Part shown: one piece after another, positions 38,312 to 47,341 of the stretch
How the letters are laid out: the number at the start of each line of letters is the position of its first letter
Numbering within the stretch: position 1 is the stretch's first letter
Assembly: GCA_904384205.1 (NCBI GenBank)
Contig: CAJFJY010000002.1
Location: 1-52,972, forward strand
Origin: an uncultured Clostridia bacterium
GTDB taxonomy: Bacteria > Bacillota > Clostridia > TANB77 > CAG-508
Length of the DNA stretch: 52,972 nt
Direction of reading: 5' to 3'
Made by a program: the position numbers and the translations under genes
The notes under the pieces: model-generated
Seen by the model: only the letters and a program-made list of their open reading frames with translations
Told to the model about the DNA's origin: nothing
Database searches by the model: none

Positions 38312-38430
38312 TCGCACTGACTTAATTTTTTTAATTTAAAATATAACAGAAAATGCAAAAAAACTTGACTTGGAGTAAGGTTAAAGTGATATAAAATAAA
38401 TGTAAATAAAAATAGTATAAGGAAAATAAT

Positions 38431-38819
38431 ATGTCATATTTAGGAGAAGAAATTAAAAAATTAGGATTTGGATTAATGAGATTACCACAAAAGGATGGAA
38501 AGATTGACGTAGAACAAACAAAAGAAATGGTTGACCACTTTTTAAATGCGGGTTTTACATATTTTGATACTGCATGGGCAATTAAATTTGCTGCAAATTT
38601 AGATGGAGTTATAACAGTATTATCAGGAATGAGCAATATAGAACAAATGGATGATAATATATCATTTATGAAGGATTTTACAAAATTATCTGAATCAGAA
38701 GAAAAAACAATAAAAGAAGCACTAATGAATGTATAAAATGTGGTAAGTGTGAACAAGTTTGCCCTCAACATATTTCTATTAGAAAAGAACTTGAAAAAGT
38801 AACTAAAGAACTGTTATAA
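38431..38819 (+). pseudogene. remnant of an aldo/keto reductase with a C-terminal Fe-S cluster motif (internal deletions plus frameshift)
   Basis: The N-terminus LGFGLMRLPQ...AGFTYFDTAW jumps directly to the late segment LDGVITVLSGMSNIEQMDDNISF. The CxKCGKCEQVCPQHISI tail is in another frame, ending at 38819. Confidence 0.7.
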
Positions 38820-38826
38820 TACAAAT

Positions 38827-39906
38827 ATGGAGAAGAGTAATTTAAAAAACATGAATAATTTAATAAAAAATGTAGTAAATGCGATAAAATCAATACCATT
38901 TGGAATAAAAATATTATCAATAGTAATATTAATTATAATGATAGTTTTAATAATAATTTCAATAATTATAGTAGAAGAAAGTAAACAAAAATACGAATTA
39001 TATGATGGAACCAATTTGAATGAAGCAAAATATCCAGGATACAAAGAATTAATAGATGATTTGCAGACAAGTCATCCAAATTGGACATTTACATTATTTT
39101 ATACAAGGCTTGATTGGGAAGAAGTTATTTCAAATGAAGGACATTCAGATTCAAGGACTAATCCATTAAATTTAATTCCAGATTCTAGCGATTATCCAGA
39201 AGACTGGAGATGTGAAATTGACGGAGATAAAAGATTTGACAATGGAACATGGCTTTGTGCTTCAGATAAGGCAATAAAACATCAAATGGATCCAAGGAAT
39301 ATCTTAAATGAAGACAATATATTTCAGTTTTCAGAACTAAAATATACAGAAGGAGCTCAAACAGTAGATGGCATAAAATCACTTACAGAAGGTTCATTTT
39401 TAGAAGGAGATAGTATTGCAGAAGCATTATTACAAGCAAGCAAAAATGAAAACTTAGATGCGTATTTTGTTACCTCAAGGCTTATACAAGAACAGGGAAG
39501 AGATGGGACTAGATTATCAAGAGGATATGAATATAATGGAGTAATAGTGTATAATCCATTTAATATTAGAGCTACAGGTAATTCAAGTGAAGAAATCATC
39601 CAGAATGCAGCACAATATGCATATGAACAAGGATGGGATTCGTTAGAAGAAGCACTAATTAGAGGAATAGATTTTATGAAAAATGGTTACATTGATGTAG
39701 GACAAAATACACTATATTTACAAAAATTTGATATAGTAAACCAAGATGAAGAATTATATACTAATCAATATATGCAAAATTTGTTAGCACCTGAATCAGA
39801 AGCAAGTAATATGAAAAAAATATATGAGGCTTCAAATACAGTTGATTCAAGTTTGAACTTTATAATACCACTATATGAGAATATGCCGGAAGAAGTATCA
39901 AAATAG
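38827..39906 (+). CDS. membrane-anchored N-acetylglucosaminidase-like peptidoglycan hydrolase (GH73-like)
   Basis: N-terminal TM. SRLIQEQG...NPFNIRATG...GWDSLEEALIRGIDFMKNGYIDVGQNTLYLQKFD resembles clostridial and staphylococcal glucosaminidase domains. The start lacks a clear RBS. Confidence 0.65.
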   Translation: MEKSNLKNMNNLIKNVVNAIKSIPFGIKILSIVILIIMIVLIIISIIIVEESKQKYELYDGTNLNEAKYPGYKELIDDLQTSHPNWTFTLFYTRLDWEEVISNEGHSDSRTNPLNLIPDSSDYPEDWRCEIDGDKRFDNGTWLCASDKAIKHQMDPRNILNEDNIFQFSELKYTEGAQTVDGIKSLTEGSFLEGDSIAEALLQASKNENLDAYFVTSRLIQEQGRDGTRLSRGYEYNGVIVYNPFNIRATGNSSEEIIQNAAQYAYEQGWDSLEEALIRGIDFMKNGYIDVGQNTLYLQKFDIVNQDEELYTNQYMQNLLAPESEASNMKKIYEASNTVDSSLNFIIPLYENMPEEVSK

Positions 39907-39969
39907 AATTATCTAATATAGTTTGTTATAATAATATTAAAATAAGAAATGGTAAAGGGGAAATGTTTT

Positions 39970-40299
39970 ATGAAGAAAAAAATTTTAATTGCTATTTTAG
40001 TTATTATAGTAATAGCAATAGCTATATTTGCATATTTTATGATTTCAGATTTACAACAAGAGCAAAAATTGAAAGATGAATTAACAGAGTTAAATAGTTT
40101 GTCAAATGCTGAGACAATTGATGTAGATGCAATAAATGAAAGATTAAATAGAACCATAACAAAAGGAGATTATGCGGTTGTAGAGCAAGCATTTAAACAA
40201 TATCAAAATAGTTGGCAAATACAAGGCGAAAATATTACTTTTGATAGACAGGAATTATTTGATGAATATGAGCAATTAATAAGTGAATTACCAGGATAA
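39970..40299 (+). CDS. small membrane-anchored hypothetical protein
   Basis: ATG 39970 follows AAGGGGA. N-terminal TM is KKKILIAILVIIVIAIAIFAYFMI. Confidence 0.5.
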   Translation: MKKKILIAILVIIVIAIAIFAYFMISDLQQEQKLKDELTELNSLSNAETIDVDAINERLNRTITKGDYAVVEQAFKQYQNSWQIQGENITFDRQELFDEYEQLISELPG

Positions 40300-40394
40300 A
40301 AAATAAGAGGAAATATTTTTATAAGTAGCAGAAGATTTAGAGGAAACGAACCTGATGAAGAGTATATAAATTGGGTAAAATAATTGTGAGATAT

Positions 40395-40435
40395 AAACCA
40401 TAATCTTTAGAATATTTACTGAAAGATTATGGTTT
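40395..40435 (+). terminator. terminator hairpin
   Basis: Perfect 14-bp arms AAACCATAATCTTT / AAAGATTATGGTTT with a 13-nt loop. Confidence 0.6.
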
Positions 40436-40554
40436 AAATTTACAAAAAATACTACACAAACTAAAAAAAGTATGATAAAATATTCTAGAATTAACAAATT
40501 AATAAATTTGCTAAAAATAATATATATAAAACAAAATCAAAGGGAGGAATTAAA

Positions 40555-41277
40555 ATGTCAGGACATAGCAAGTGGCACAACATACAAGCGAAGAAAGGAA
40601 AAGCAGATGCAGCAAGAGGAAAAATATTCACAAAACTAGGAAGAGAATTATTAATAGCAGTAAAAGAAGGAGGACCAGATCCAGCAGGAAACTCAAAATT
40701 AAAAAATGTAATTGCAAAATGTAAAGCAGCAAATATGCCAAATGACACAATTAATAATGCAATAAAAAAGGCATCATCAAGTAATGAAAATTATGAAGAA
40801 ATAACATATGAAGGATATGGACCAAGTGGAGTTGCAGTAATTGTAGAAGCGGCAACAGACAATAAAAATAGAACAGCAGCAGATGTAAGACATGTATTTG
40901 ATAAAGCTGGAGGGAATTTAGGAACTACAGGTTGTGTATCATATATGTTCAATAAAAAAGGAGTTATAGTAATAGAAAAAGATTCAACAGAAATGGATGA
41001 AGACGAGCTAATGATGTTAGCGTTAGACGCAGGAGCTGAAGATTTTCAAGTTTATGATGAAGTATATGAAATTACAACAGCACCAAATGACTTTTCACAA
41101 GTAAGAGAAAAATTAGAAGAATCAGGTTTAGAGTTTTTAGAAGCATCAGTTCAAATGGTTCCAACAACAACTGTGAAATTAGATGAAAAAGCAACAGAAA
41201 AGATGGAAAGATTAATAGAAAAGCTAGAAGAATTAGACGATGTTTCAAATATTTATCATAACTGGGATGAAAATTAA
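40555..41277 (+). CDS. yebC: YebC/PmpR-family transcriptional regulator
   Basis: [29 protein letters not shown]-terminus is diagnostic. Confidence 0.92.
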   Translation: MSGHSKWHNIQAKKGKADAARGKIFTKLGRELLIAVKEGGPDPAGNSKLKNVIAKCKAANMPNDTINNAIKKASSSNENYEEITYEGYGPSGVAVIVEAATDNKNRTAADVRHVFDKAGGNLGTTGCVSYMFNKKGVIVIEKDSTEMDEDELMMLALDAGAEDFQVYDEVYEITTAPNDFSQVREKLEESGLEFLEASVQMVPTTTVKLDEKATEKMERLIEKLEELDDVSNIYHNWDEN

Positions 41278-41329
41278 GAAACATCAAATTCATATGTAAA
41301 ATAATAAGAATAGAAATGGGGATTTTTGC

Positions 41330-43081
41330 ATGAATGAGATAAATAGTGTTGGAAAGAACAAAGGAACAAAGCTATTGCGAAATGGAATAATTATAATATC
41401 TATATTAATAGTGTTACTATTAGTAGTATTTGTTGTTTTATATTTTTGTACAGACTTATTGAAGTCAGATAAGCAATTATTTTTTAAATATGCATCACAG
41501 CTAGTTGAAACAGAAGGAGGATTTGTAGAAAATAATATAGAAGCATTTTATAATAAAAAACAACAAATGCCATATGAAAACGAAGGAAAGTTCGATTTTA
41601 CAGTAGATTTAGGTAATAATACAAATGAGCAAATAGATATAGCAAATGATTTTGTTGTAAACTTTTCAGGAAAAACTGACAAAACAAATAATAAGGCTGA
41701 GCAAAATATAGAGTTAAAATATTCTGATGATGTAAGTTGGCCATTAATATATAGACATGATGGTGATATTTATGGTATTCAAACAGATTATGTATCATCA
41801 AAATATGTGGCAGTTGAAAATAATAATTTGAAAGAATTTGCAGAAAAAGTGGGAATGACAGATACATCAGATGTACCAGAAAAAATAGAAATACTAGAAG
41901 ATAAGGCAAATTTCGAATATACTGAAGAAGAAAAGCAAACAGTACAAGAAAAATATATGACAATATTAGAAAATCAATTTAGAGATGATCAATTTCAAAC
42001 TGAAAAAAATGATGATGGAACAACGAGATATATATTAACAATGACAAATGAAGAACTAAAAAATTTAGTAATTGCATTATTAAATGAATTAAAGACAGAT
42101 GATGTAACTTTAGGAAAAATAAATAATATATTATCTGAACAAGACTTATATACGAAAAACACAATAGAGGCAGAAGATATAGACTCAATAATAGAAAGCT
42201 TACAAGAAGGAAATACAGAAGAAGGAGAAGTACAATTTATTGTTGCTCAAAAAGATTCAAAACTAATAAGTATATCTTTGAATCAAAATGATAATAATAT
42301 ACAATTAACAAAAAATAATCAAGAAGATAGTGTAAACTATAGTATATCAGTAAACTTTAAATTTGATACAGGACTAAGTTCTGTAGAAACAATAGGAGGA
42401 ACAGTATATTTTTCTGCTAATTATAGTGGGTTAAATGAACTAAATACTGTAAAAGAAAATTATGAATTAGGAATTGCAGTCCAAGATAATAATGGACAAC
42501 AAGTAGGAAAATATACTTATCAATTCGAAAATAATGTTAATTTTGTTGATTCTGTAAATATAGATGGATTAAATGAAGAAAATGCAATGATATTAAATAA
42601 TTATGAAGAAGAGTCAATACAAAACTTTATGACACAACTTGGAGAAAGAATATCAAATGTAAATGCAGAACAGATGGAAAAAATAGGATTTAACTATGGA
42701 AATCCAATGATTTTAATGATTCCAACCTCATTAGGTAATGTATTATTAGCTCAAAATTTGGATTCAACAATATCAGAATCAAATATAGAAAACTCTGAAG
42801 TTCAAACTTTTAATAATTTATTCTTAAAATATGAAGGTAATCAAAGAGGAACTTTGGTTAAATCATTAATACAAGAAATTGAAAATAGTAATGATAATAA
42901 TGAATCGCAAGTTGAACTAGAGTTCTCAGGATTAGGTTTAATAAGAAATGAGGACTTGGCATTAGCAGGAGAATATATAGACAATTCAAATACTTATGAA
43001 ATCAGTTTTGAATATGATGATACAGGTAGAATAAATAAAGTAGTAATAGCAGGTGAATTTAACGGTTTAGAAAGTAGATAG
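41330..43081 (+). CDS. hypothetical membrane-anchored protein (583 aa)
   Basis: One N-terminal TM (IIIISILIVLLLVVFVVLYF) and a large N/E/D-rich extracytoplasmic region. No motif recognised. Confidence 0.6.
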   Translation: MNEINSVGKNKGTKLLRNGIIIISILIVLLLVVFVVLYFCTDLLKSDKQLFFKYASQLVETEGGFVENNIEAFYNKKQQMPYENEGKFDFTVDLGNNTNEQIDIANDFVVNFSGKTDKTNNKAEQNIELKYSDDVSWPLIYRHDGDIYGIQTDYVSSKYVAVENNNLKEFAEKVGMTDTSDVPEKIEILEDKANFEYTEEEKQTVQEKYMTILENQFRDDQFQTEKNDDGTTRYILTMTNEELKNLVIALLNELKTDDVTLGKINNILSEQDLYTKNTIEAEDIDSIIESLQEGNTEEGEVQFIVAQKDSKLISISLNQNDNNIQLTKNNQEDSVNYSISVNFKFDTGLSSVETIGGTVYFSANYSGLNELNTVKENYELGIAVQDNNGQQVGKYTYQFENNVNFVDSVNIDGLNEENAMILNNYEEESIQNFMTQLGERISNVNAEQMEKIGFNYGNPMILMIPTSLGNVLLAQNLDSTISESNIENSEVQTFNNLFLKYEGNQRGTLVKSLIQEIENSNDNNESQVELEFSGLGLIRNEDLALAGEYIDNSNTYEISFEYDDTGRINKVVIAGEFNGLESR

Positions 43082-43110
43082 ATAACAAAAAAGTTCTAAA
43101 TGTAAAATTT

Positions 43111-43148
43111 AAAGAATATAATATTGTAGAATATTATATTCTTTTTTT
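43111..43148 (+). terminator. rho-independent terminator
   Basis: AAAGAATATAATATT / AATATTATATTCTTT arms, loop GTAG, then a T-run. Confidence 0.8.
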
Positions 43149-43150
43149 GT

Positions 43151-43190
43151 TTATCTATTAGGAAAGTCATACTGACTTTCTAATAGATAA
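43151..43190. repeat. 40-nt palindrome
   Basis: TTATCTATTAGGAAAGTCA pairs with TGACTTTCTAATAGATAA (one bulged G), with a 3-nt loop. Confidence 0.8.
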
Positions 43191-43232
43191 AAAATATTGC
43201 ACACAAATTTTATTACATAAAATTTGGCGCAC

Positions 43233-43301
43233 GAACAAATTCACGGAAAGCCAAAGAAAAATGTCAAAGTTTGTACAAATTTAAGGCTTTCCGATTTGTT
43301 C
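43233..43301. repeat. inverted repeat with a 32-nt loop immediately upstream of spoIIIAA
   Basis: GAACAAAT-TCA-CGGAAAGCC (43233-43252) pairs with GGCTTTCCGATTTGTTC (43285-43301). That is 17 bp with a 3-nt bulge. Confidence 0.75.
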
Positions 43302-43321
43302 TGTAAAATAGGATTTTTAGA

Positions 43322-44209
43322 TTGGAAAGTGATAAAAATAAAATGTTAGAAGTATTAAAATTTTTATCGGAAAATTTGTATAGAATTATAGTACAAGCTA
43401 TTGAGCAGAATTCAAAGTATAATATAGAAAAAAATTTACGAGAGATACGAATAAGAATACAAAGACCGATAATTTTAAAATTACAAAATTATGATATTTT
43501 AATTGAATATAGAGTAGCAGATAGAGATATAATGCAAACTTTAGAAAGATTATGTGAAAACTCAATTTATGCATATAAAAATCAAATAAAAGAAGGTTTT
43601 ATAACTATAAAAGGAGGGCATAGAGTAGGAATTGTAGGAACAGGAATAGTAGAAAACGGAGAGATTGTAAACTTGAAAAATATATCTAGTTTGAATTTTA
43701 GAATAGCAAGAGAAGTAAAAGGATGTGCTGATAGAATCATTAAAGAGATTGTAAATAAGGAAAGCAACACAATATATAACACATTGTTAGTTTCTCCACC
43801 CGGAAAAGGTAAAACAACAATGTTAAGAGATATTATAAGACAATTGAGTAATGGAATAGAAGAAATAGGATTTTCAGGATTAACCTGTGGAATAGTTGAT
43901 GAAAGAGGAGAAATAGCAGCTTGTTATAAAGGAATTCCTCAAAATGATATAGGAATTAGAAGTGATGTCATAGAAAATGTATCAAAAGAAAAAGGAATAA
44001 AAATATTATTAAGGTCAATGTCACCTGAAATTATAGCATGTGATGAAATAGGAACAAAAGAAGATGTGCAAGCAATAAAACTTGCTACAATTTCTGGTGT
44101 AAAAGGAATATTTACAATGCACGGAAAAAATATGGCAGATGTAAAAAATAATTTAGAAATAAATAATTTAGTAGAAAGTCATCTTATAGAAAAAATTTTT
44201 TTTCTATAA
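43322..44209 (+). CDS. spoIIIAA: stage III sporulation protein AA (ATPase)
   Basis: Walker A SPPGKGKTT and REIRIRIQRPI region. First of eight colinear spoIIIA genes. Start is uncertain (TTG 43322 or ATG 43343). Confidence 0.88.
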   Translation: MESDKNKMLEVLKFLSENLYRIIVQAIEQNSKYNIEKNLREIRIRIQRPIILKLQNYDILIEYRVADRDIMQTLERLCENSIYAYKNQIKEGFITIKGGHRVGIVGTGIVENGEIVNLKNISSLNFRIAREVKGCADRIIKEIVNKESNTIYNTLLVSPPGKGKTTMLRDIIRQLSNGIEEIGFSGLTCGIVDERGEIAACYKGIPQNDIGIRSDVIENVSKEKGIKILLRSMSPEIIACDEIGTKEDVQAIKLATISGVKGIFTMHGKNMADVKNNLEINNLVESHLIEKIFFL

Positions 44210-44280
44210 AATAAATAATTTAGTTCTAAAAAAAATTCAGACGAATATAATAGGTAATAAAAGTTAAATGAGGCGATAAT

Positions 44281-44796
44281 ATGATTTTTTTAAAGTATGT
44301 TATGTTGCTTATTTTATTTGTATTAGCAAATGTTATTGGAAGAATATTATCACAAAAATATGTGTATAGATTAGAAGAATTAAATGAAATTAAAAGTTTC
44401 TTAAATATTTTTAAAACAAAAATTAGATTTACCTGTGATACAATTCCAGAAATTTTTCAAGAATTTGCAGAGAAAACAAAGAAAAACTTGGGAAAAATGT
44501 TTTTTCGTGCAAACGAAAAAATGAGTACGAAAACAGCAGGACAAGCTTGGGAAAGTGCATTAGATGAAAGTAAAGCAGAACTTAATTTAAAGGAAGAAGA
44601 TTTAAATGTAATGAAGATGTTAGCTAAGATGTTGGGAAATACAGACTTAGAGGGACAAATAAGTCAAATAGAGATAACAGAAAAATTTTTAGATACTCAA
44701 ATTAAGCAAGCGAAAGAAGAAAAAGATAAAAACCAAAAATTGTATCAAAAACTTGGGACAACTATTGGACTCGGAATAGTTATCTTATTAATTTGA
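44281..44796 (+). CDS. spoIIIAB: stage III sporulation protein AB
   Basis: 171 aa with N- and C-terminal TM segments. Second position in the operon. Confidence 0.8.
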   Translation: MIFLKYVMLLILFVLANVIGRILSQKYVYRLEELNEIKSFLNIFKTKIRFTCDTIPEIFQEFAEKTKKNLGKMFFRANEKMSTKTAGQAWESALDESKAELNLKEEDLNVMKMLAKMLGNTDLEGQISQIEITEKFLDTQIKQAKEEKDKNQKLYQKLGTTIGLGIVILLI

Positions 44797-44833
44797 ATAT
44801 CTCTAAAATTTAAAGACAGAAAGGAATGCTGTT

Positions 44834-45028
44834 ATGGATATTAATTTATTATTTAAAATAGCTGCAATAGGAATTTTAGTTGCAGTATTACATCAAGTAT
44901 TAGTTAGAGCTGGGAGAGAGGATCAAGCGATGATGACTACTTTGGCAGGATTGGTAATTGTTTTGACTATGGTAATAAAAGAAATAAGTACTTTATTCGA
45001 TACAGTAAGGACTATCTTTAATTTATAG
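44834..45028 (+). CDS. spoIIIAC: stage III sporulation protein AC
   Basis: 64-aa two-TM protein, IAAIGILVAVLHQVLVRAGREDQAMM. Confidence 0.85.
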   Translation: MDINLLFKIAAIGILVAVLHQVLVRAGREDQAMMTTLAGLVIVLTMVIKEISTLFDTVRTIFNL

Positions 45029-45084
45029 GTAACCAAAATTCTTTTTCAACCTAATTTGTGCCTTAAGAAAGAATGTGAGTAATA

Positions 45085-45474
45085 ATGGAAATTATTAGAA
45101 TTGTCGGAATTGCTTTAATAGCATTGATAATAATTATATTGTTAAAGCAGTATAAAAAGGAATTTGCGGTATATATTAGCCTTCTTGCTGGCGTTCTTAT
45201 ATTACTATTAGTAATGGACAAGTTTGAGGGAATAATTGATTTAATTAGGTCTATAGCCAATAAATCTTCAATAAATACGGAATTTATAAGTTTGATTTTA
45301 AAGATTACAGGAATAGCATTTTTAGCAGAATTTGCGGTAAGTATATGTAATGACTCAGGGGAAACAGCAATAGCAAATAAAATAGAAATAGGAAGTAAAA
45401 TAATAATCATATCCATGTCCATACCAATATTTTCTAGTTTATTAGAATTAATATTAAAGATTTTGCCAAGTTAA
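45085..45474 (+). CDS. spoIIIAD: stage III sporulation protein AD
   Basis: 129-aa polytopic protein, ITGIAFLAEFAVSICNDSGETAIANKIE. Confidence 0.85.
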   Translation: MEIIRIVGIALIALIIIILLKQYKKEFAVYISLLAGVLILLLVMDKFEGIIDLIRSIANKSSINTEFISLILKITGIAFLAEFAVSICNDSGETAIANKIEIGSKIIIISMSIPIFSSLLELILKILPS

Positions 45475-45522
45475 CATTATTGTTAGAAAAATAAAAATGG
45501 AGGAATAATACAAAAGTGAAAG

Positions 45523-46665
45523 ATGAAAATTTTGATATTATTTTTTATAATAGTATTTCAATTTAATATAAGTTATTGTGAGAATGATATAGACCAAACA
45601 TATGAAGAACAAAAAGAAACATTTGGAATAAATAGTTTTATAGAAGAAGCAGAAGAATATTCAGGAGAATTTTTTGAAGATATAGATATTGGAGAAGTAT
45701 TAAATTCAGCAATTTCCGGAAATATAGATAATAATATGCTTTATAGTAAAATATTTAATTTATTTGGAGCAGAAGTGGTAAAAGGATTAACAAGTTTAGC
45801 AAGTATTCTAATTATTATAATAATACATAGTATTTTAAAATCAATTAGTGAAAATCTAAATAATGAAAATATATCAAAATTAATTTTTTATATCGAATAT
45901 ATAGCAATTGTAACAATAATAATGAGTAATTTTTCAGAAGTAATTCAAACCGTACGAGATACAGCAAATAATTTAGTAGGATTTATGAATAGTCTTATAC
46001 CAATATTAATATCGCTGATGTTATTTACAGGAAGCATAACAACAAGTACCATTATGGAGCCTTTAATATTATTTATAATAAATTTTATAGGTACACTTAT
46101 ACAAAATTTGCTTATACCAATAACTTTGATTGTTGCAGTTTTAAGTATTGTATCTAAAATCTCTGATAAAGTTCAAATTGATAATCTATCTAAATTTATG
46201 AAATCAGGAGTAGTCTGGATATTAGGAATAGTTTTAACTGTTTTTGTAGGAGTATTATCATTAGAAGGAAATTTATCAAGTAGTATAGATGGAGTAACAG
46301 CGAAAACTGCAAAAGCAGTAGTAAGTACAGCAATACCAGTCGTAGGAAAAATATTAGGAGATGCAGTAGATAGTGTACTAGGATGTGGAGTAGTTCTAAA
46401 AAATGCAGTTGGTTTTGTAGGGGTTATTATAATAATCGGAATATGCATTATGCCAATATTAAAATTAGGAATACTTACAATAGCATATAAGCTGACATCA
46501 GCGGTAAGTGAACCAATAGCAGATGGAAAAATAGTAAAATTATTAGATCAAATAGGAGATATTTTTAAAATATTACTTGCCATTTTAACATCACTATCAG
46601 TTCTGGTAATAGTAGGAACTACTTTGGTCATTAAAATTTCTAATAGTGGCATGATGTACAGATAG
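45523..46665 (+). CDS. spoIIIAE: stage III sporulation protein AE
   Basis: 380 aa with a signal peptide plus multiple TM segments. Fifth position in the operon. Confidence 0.85.
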   Translation: MKILILFFIIVFQFNISYCENDIDQTYEEQKETFGINSFIEEAEEYSGEFFEDIDIGEVLNSAISGNIDNNMLYSKIFNLFGAEVVKGLTSLASILIIIIIHSILKSISENLNNENISKLIFYIEYIAIVTIIMSNFSEVIQTVRDTANNLVGFMNSLIPILISLMLFTGSITTSTIMEPLILFIINFIGTLIQNLLIPITLIVAVLSIVSKISDKVQIDNLSKFMKSGVVWILGIVLTVFVGVLSLEGNLSSSIDGVTAKTAKAVVSTAIPVVGKILGDAVDSVLGCGVVLKNAVGFVGVIIIIGICIMPILKLGILTIAYKLTSAVSEPIADGKIVKLLDQIGDIFKILLAILTSLSVLVIVGTTLVIKISNSGMMYR

Positions 46666-46690
46666 TAATTTATGGATTAGAGGAGGATAT

Positions 46691-47341
46691 ATGTTAGATG
46701 TCATTACAGATTGGGCTAAAAATATTTGTCTAGCACTTATATTAATATCAATTTTAGAAATGCTTCTTCCAAATAATAAAACAAAAAAATATGTAAAAAT
46801 GGTAATGGGAATTTATTTGTTATTCAATATAATATCACCAATAATTAGCAATCAAGAAACATTCAGTTTAAGCAATTTTGATATTAATGATTATACAAAT
46901 AATGTAGAGATGCAGACTAGTTCAGAAACCGTAAATCAAAGTTCAATGGATAAAAGAATTCAAGAAATATATTTAGAAGAATTAGAAAAAGATATTACAA
47001 ATAAGCTGGAAAATAAAGGATATAAAGTAAATAAGTGTGCAGTAAAAGGGAGTTTTGAAAATAATGAAGAAAACGGAATATCAGAAATATATTTAGAAAT
47101 TGAACAAGGCAATACTGAAAATAATAGCACCAATAATGAAATATCAGAAAATACAAGTATTAACCAAACATTAGAAGATGTAATGGTTAAAGAAATACAA
47201 AAAATCAAAGAAATAGATATAGGAGAATCACAGAATAATAATGAAGAAGAAACAAATTTAAATAACACAGATATACAAAAGATAAAAGAATTTCTTATAG
47301 AGGAATATGGGGTGAGTGAAAAATGTTTAAAGATAAATTAA
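46691..47341 (+). CDS. spoIIIAF: stage III sporulation protein AF
   Basis: N-terminus WAKNICLALILISILEMLLPNNKTKKYVKMVMGIYLL is typical of SpoIIIAF. Confidence 0.85.
   Translation: MLDVITDWAKNICLALILISILEMLLPNNKTKKYVKMVMGIYLLFNIISPIISNQETFSLSNFDINDYTNNVEMQTSSETVNQSSMDKRIQEIYLEELEKDITNKLENKGYKVNKCAVKGSFENNEENGISEIYLEIEQGNTENNSTNNEISENTSINQTLEDVMVKEIQKIKEIDIGESQNNNEEETNLNNTDIQKIKEFLIEEYGVSEKCLKIN

Noticed and set aside
38073-38330. M-box (Mg2+) riboswitch in the mgtA upstream region
   Set aside because: Neither strand shows the conserved M-box segments as I remember them (GUUAGGUGAGGCU..., CUGCCC, GCUAAAGCUC). The structured element is a simple palindrome and lies upstream of the best promoter candidate (TGgTATAAT at 38098-38106).
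43194-43224. Confident sigma-E promoter call for spoIIIA
   Set aside because: AATATT-17-CATAAAAT only loosely fits my recollection of the sigma-E consensus (ATATT / CATACA-T), and the spacing is uncertain. It is kept only as a hypothesis within a finding, not as a feature.
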